50,715 nucleotides of DNA from Hormoscilla sp. (GTDB lineage Bacteria > Cyanobacteriota > Cyanobacteriia > Cyanobacteriales > Desertifilaceae), in assembly GCA_051439505.1 (NCBI GenBank), contig JBFRWI010000024.1, positions 1-50,715 of the forward strand, written 5' to 3'. Shown one piece after another: positions 46,456 through 50,715 of the stretch. The notes below the pieces were generated by a model that ran no database searches, had not been told where the DNA came from, and saw only the letters and a program-made list of their open reading frames with translations. The position numbers and the translations under genes were made by a program. Each line of letters opens with the position of its first letter. Positions within the stretch are counted from its first letter, which is position 1.

Positions 46456-49400
46456 CTACGCTTTCACAGCAACTTTTTCAGTAACCGCCTCAGCAGTAGC
46501 TTCTGGACTATCCGCTTCACTTGGGGGCACTACTTGCCAGAATAGCGGCAAAAACTTCTCCCAATTCTCCAAAATCATCTTCGCTTTCTGACTGCCCGTG
46601 CGATCGCGATGCATGGCAATCAACTCTTGCAGTTGCCGTTCGCCAACAGGGGAAGACACCCGCTGAATCTTGACAATTTCGGGATTAACCTTTTCGGTGA
46701 AACTGCCATCTTCATCCAAGAAATAGGCCATACCCCCAGTCATGCCAGCAGCGGCATTCCGTCCCACCTTACCCAGGACCACAACTACACCGCCCGTCAT
46801 GTACTCGCAGGTATGATCTCCAGCGCCTTCGACCACTGCTTTACCCATCGAGTTGCGCACGGCAAACCGTTCTCCCGCCGTGCCATTCGCGAACAGGACT
46901 CCACCAGTAGCCCCGTACAGACAGGTATTGCCCACAATCACATTTTCCCCTGGGTTGTAGGGAGCATCTGCTGGTGGTTTAATGATAATTTCCCCACCAT
47001 GCATCCCTTTGCCTACATAATCATTCGCTTCTCCTTCGAGGAACATTTTCATTCCCGGTAAGTTGAAGGCACCAAAGCTTTGACCCGCACTGCCAGTAAA
47101 GTTGAGATTAATCTCCCCTTCAAAACCGCTGTTGCCGTATTTTTTCGCGATCGCCCCTGCGATCCGGGCCCCGACGCACCGGTCCGTATTCATAATTGCC
47201 AACTGCTTGGTCGCAGAACCTTGGTTGCTAATTGCTTTTTGAATGTCCCCGTCTGCCAGTAACTTGTCATCCAATACTGGACCATTGCCGTGAACATCTT
47301 CATGGTTCAGCCAACTGCGGTCAGAACGGCTATCCGGCAAATTGAGCAAGCAATTCAAGTTTAAGGCCGAAGTCTTGGTCAACTGCACCCCTTCCCTTAC
47401 TTGCAGCAGGTCCGCCCGACCAATAATTTCCTTCAGACTGCGGTATCCCAGTCGCGCCAACAACTGCCGCACCTCTTGGGCCACGAAATAGAAGAAATTC
47501 ACCACATGTTCGGGCATACCCGTAAAGCGTTTCCGCAGTTTTTCCTGCTGAGTCGCTACCCCCACCGGGCAATTATTGGTATGGCAGATCCGGGCCATAA
47601 TGCAGCCCTCCGCGATCATAGCGATGGAACCAAAACCATATTCTTCTGCCCCCATCAGGGCCGCCATTATCACATCCCAACCAGTTTTCAAGCCACCGTC
47701 GGTACGGATCAGCACCCGATCGCGCAGACTATTTTGCATCAGGGCGCGATGGACCTCAGTCACGCCCAACTCCCAAGGCGTACCCGCATGCTTGATGGAA
47801 CTGAGAGGGGAAGCACCGGTACCGCCATCGTGACCGGAAATCTGGATCACATCAGCATTACCCTTGGCCACCCCAGCAGCGACAGTGCCAATACCAATTT
47901 CCGCAACTAGCTTCACCGATACCTTAGCCTGGGGATTAATTTGGTGCAGGTCAAAAATCAACTGGGCCAAGTCCTCGATCGAATAGATATCGTGATGGGG
48001 AGGGGGGGAGATCAGGGGAACGCCGGGTTTAGAACGCCGCAGACTGGCAATATAGGGACTCACCTTCTTACTCGGTAACTGACCACCTTCTCCGGGTTTC
48101 GCCCCTTGGGCAATTTTAATTTCCAGTTGCTTGCTATGCATCAGGTACTCTGGCGTCACCCCAAAGCGACCCGAAGCTACCTGCTTAATAGCAGAAGAGG
48201 CCGTATCTCCATTCCGCAAACCCCGTAGGTGAGGCAAAGTCGGGGATAAACCTTTTCCTGTAACATCCACATCATCCAGCACCCCGAAGCGCAACGAGTC
48301 CTCTCCACCTTCACCGGAATTAGATTTACCACCTATGCGGTTCATGGCGATCGCCAGGGTTTCATGGGCCTCCCGGGACAGGGATCCCAAAGACATGCCC
48401 CCGGTACAGAACCGCTTGACAATTTCTTCTACAGGTTCTACCTCTTCAATGGGAATAGAAGTGCGATCGCCCTTCAAGTCCAGTAAATCTCGCAGGGCCG
48501 TCACCGGGCGTTCCCAAAGCTGCTGCTTGTATACCTCGTAATGGTCGTATTCCTTACCAGTCACCGCCTTATGGAGGGCCTTAGCCATTTCCGGGCTATT
48601 CATGTGATATTCCAGACCCACCCGGTACTGAACGAAGCCAAAATTTTCTAACTTCTTCACGGTCAGTTCTGGGAAAGCCCGTTTGTGGAAAGCCATCACC
48701 TCTTCGGCCAACTCCCCTACAGAAAGACCACCCAAACGGGAAGTCGTCCCCGCAAAACCCAGTTCCAACAAGTCCGGTCCCAGCCCGATCGCCTCAAAGA
48801 TCTGGGCTCCATGGTAAGAGGAAAGGAGAGAAATACCCTTCTTAGAGATAATCTTCAGCAAACCCGCCTCGATGGCTTTGCGGTAATTCTGCTGGGCCTC
48901 GGACATAGTTATAGAGGGGATCTTGCCGCGCTGCATCATGTTTTGGGTTTTGGAGTCACTCCACCAATGGCGCACAGTTTCCAGGGCCAGGTAGGGACAA
49001 ACAGCAGAAGCGCCGTAACCAATTAAACAGGCAAAATGATGGGTACTCCAGCATTGGGCAGTATCAATAATAATGGATGTCCGACAGCGCAGACCCACGC
49101 GGTTGAGATCGTTGTGAACCGCACCCACAGCCAGCAGCGGCGGAATGTAAGTCATCTGGCCCGTAAGGTTCGTAGTAAACGCTTTAGCGTTTTCCCGGTT
49201 CGTAGTAAACGCTTTAGCGTTTCCCCCGCGATCGCTCAAAACCAGGATCTCAGCGCCCTGGCGCACCGCCGCTTCCGCCTCTTGACAAAGCCGATCTACT
49301 GCGGTCATTAAACCATCCGGTCCAGCGGAGCAGTTCCAGAGAGTAGAGAGGGTTGCCACCTTAAATACATCTGGTGCAGAACCATTCTCTAAACTATAAG

Positions 49401-50715
49401 AACCATTCAACAGCGCTTCCAACTCCGCCTCATTCAGTACAGGGGTTTCCAGTTCCAAATGACGAGCAAATTCGGGCTTTTCGGCTAACAAATTTCCCCT
49501 CGAACCCAGTAGCATATGCAAAGACATCACCAAACCTTCCCGCAGGGGGTCGATCGGGGGATTAGTGACCTGAGCAAAGCGCTGCTTAAAATAGTCATAG
49601 AGGACATGAGGCTTAGAAGAAAGGATCGCCAGAGGAATATCATCTCCCATACAGAAAATCGGTTCCTTCCCCGCCTGGGCCATGGCCTGAACTACCATCT
49701 CCACATCTTCAGAACTATAGCCAAAAGCCATCTGCTGGCGCAGCAGATCCACAGTTTCCATCTGCGTCCCCGAAGCAAAAGGTTGTGGAGATAATTCTTG
49801 ACGGTAGCGTTTCAGCCACTCACCATAGGGTGCCTTACTGGCCACTCGCTGCTTAATCTCCCAATTTTTCAGCACCTCATGGGTTTCTAAGTCCACCGCT
49901 ATCATCTGTCCGGGACCCAAGCGACCCTTTTCCACAATATCATTTGTCGGTAAAGGAATTGCTCCCGCTTCCGAACAGACCAGCAGATAGCCATTGCGAG
50001 TTATGCAATAGCGTGCCGGACGCAGGCCATTGCGGTCCAGCATCGCCCCCACCGTATGTCCGTCACTGAAAACGATCAGGGCCGGACCATCCCAAGGCTC
50101 TTGCATGCCGCTGTAATATTCATAGAAATCGACAATTTCCTGATGGTCTGCCAATTCTGGCTGCTGTTTGTAAGCTTCCGGCACCAGCATCATCAGCGCT
50201 TCCGTAGGAGAACGACCTGATAGCACCAGCAACTCCATGACATTGTCCAAATTAGCCGAATCACTCTGGCCCTTATTGACAATGGGGAACAGTTCTCCCA
50301 GGCGCGATCGCCACAGATCGCTGTCAAGATCACCTTGGCGGGACTTCATCCAATTAATATTACCCAGGAGGGTATTAATCTCCCCATTATGTCCCAGCAT
50401 CCGCAGGGGTTGAGCCAGGGGCCATCGCGGCATAGTATTCGTGCTGAAGCGGCGGTGGAAAATTGCGTAGGGACTCTTATAGGCTGGGTTTTTCAAGTCC
50501 AAATAAAACTCACCCAGTACAGCCGATCGCACCATGCCCTTGTAAACAATTTGGCGACTAGAGAAAGAGCAAACATAGCAATCATCAACTGAATTGCTAA
50601 TCCGCTTCATAACTATATACAACAACAGTTCCAACTCTTCTCCCTTACAGTTCCCACAAGCAACCACAACCTGTTCAATTTGAGGTTCATTTTCCCGCGC
50701 TTGCACCCCCAGTAA
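46456..50715 (-). CDS. glsF: ferredoxin-dependent glutamate synthase (5' end outside window)
   Basis: [67 protein letters not shown] (3Fe-4S), GERFAVRNS. Confidence 0.96.
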   Translation of the reverse strand, partial: LLGVQARENEPQIEQVVVACGNCKGEELELLLYIVMKRISNSVDDCYVCSFSSRQIVYKGMVRSAVLGEFYLDLKNPAYKSPYAIFHRRFSTNTMPRWPLAQPLRMLGHNGEINTLLGNINWMKSRQGDLDSDLWRSRLGELFPIVNKGQSDSANLDNVMELLVLSGRSPTEALMMLVPEAYKQQPELADHQEIVDFYEYYSGMQEPWDGPALIVFSDGHTVGAMLDRNGLRPARYCITRNGYLLVCSEAGAIPLPTNDIVEKGRLGPGQMIAVDLETHEVLKNWEIKQRVASKAPYGEWLKRYRQELSPQPFASGTQMETVDLLRQQMAFGYSSEDVEMVVQAMAQAGKEPIFCMGDDIPLAILSSKPHVLYDYFKQRFAQVTNPPIDPLREGLVMSLHMLLGSRGNLLAEKPEFARHLELETPVLNEAELEALLNGSYSLENGSAPDVFKVATLSTLWNCSAGPDGLMTAVDRLCQEAEAAVRQGAEILVLSDRGGNAKAFTTNRENAKAFTTNLTGQMTYIPPLLAVGAVHNDLNRVGLRCRTSIIIDTAQCWSTHHFACLIGYGASAVCPYLALETVRHWWSDSKTQNMMQRGKIPSITMSEAQQNYRKAIEAGLLKIISKKGISLLSSYHGAQIFEAIGLGPDLLELGFAGTTSRLGGLSVGELAEEVMAFHKRAFPELTVKKLENFGFVQYRVGLEYHMNSPEMAKALHKAVTGKEYDHYEVYKQQLWERPVTALRDLLDLKGDRTSIPIEEVEPVEEIVKRFCTGGMSLGSLSREAHETLAIAMNRIGGKSNSGEGGEDSLRFGVLDDVDVTGKGLSPTLPHLRGLRNGDTASSAIKQVASGRFGVTPEYLMHSKQLEIKIAQGAKPGEGGQLPSKKVSPYIASLRRSKPGVPLISPPPHHDIYSIEDLAQLIFDLHQINPQAKVSVKLVAEIGIGTVAAGVAKGNADVIQISGHDGGTGASPLSSIKHAGTPWELGVTEVHRALMQNSLRDRVLIRTDGGLKTGWDVIMAALMGAEEYGFGSIAMIAEGCIMARICHTNNCPVGVATQQEKLRKRFTGMPEHVVNFFYFVAQEVRQLLARLGYRSLKEIIGRADLLQVREGVQLTKTSALNLNCLLNLPDSRSDRSWLNHEDVHGNGPVLDDKLLADGDIQKAISNQGSATKQLAIMNTDRCVGARIAGAIAKKYGNSGFEGEINLNFTGSAGQSFGAFNLPGMKMFLEGEANDYVGKGMHGGEIIIKPPADAPYNPGENVIVGNTCLYGATGGVLFANGTAGERFAVRNSMGKAVVEGAGDHTCEYMTGGVVVVLGKVGRNAAAGMTGGMAYFLDEDGSFTEKVNPEIVKIQRVSSPVGERQLQELIAMHRDRTGSQKAKMILENWEKFLPLFWQVVPPSEADSPEATAEAVTEKVAVKA
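49167..49222 (+). repeat. two family A REP copies in frame inside glsF
   Basis: ggttcgtagtaaacgctttagcgttt at 49167 and 49197 (30-bp period), encoding NAKAFTTN twice. Confidence 0.92.

Noticed and set aside
46609..50592. Numerous plus-strand ORFs opposite glsF, and similar shadow ORFs elsewhere
   Set aside because: Antisense shadows of well-supported genes, with no recognisable motifs

Overview
Chromosomal window of a cyanobacterium: psbO, psaE, ndhO, sigF, nrrA and glsF are present and HIP1 octamers (GCGATCGC) are dense. The repeat load suggests a filamentous Oscillatoriales-type strain, but that is inference. Core genes (cysK end, moaE, avtA, rimM, mutM, Fd-GOGAT) are interleaved with accessory material: (i) a coupled HEPN-like + ParA/MinD-like pair; (ii) three tandem signalling genes sharing one CBS-like N-terminal domain, one with a degenerate kinase ATP lid; (iii) a PilP-like lipoprotein after sigF; (iv) a REP-associated tyrosine transposase (RAYT) beside a head-to-head array of GTAG-hairpin REPs, whose family also supplies the avtA stop codon and sits in frame inside glsF; (v) several other small repeat/MITE families, including TSD-flanked shells with different cargo; (vi) decayed toxin-antitoxin modules; (vii) a truncated major-vault-protein-like gene; (viii) a candidate NRPS/PKS-free small-molecule cluster at about 38.8-44.9 kb (truncated lysine 2,3-aminomutase, atypical carbamoyltransferase, heme-oxygenase-like diiron enzyme, EamA exporter, sulfotransferase, EgtD-like methyltransferase). 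I recognised no rRNA, tRNA or CRISPR array. All family calls come from motif recognition by eye; no database searches were run.
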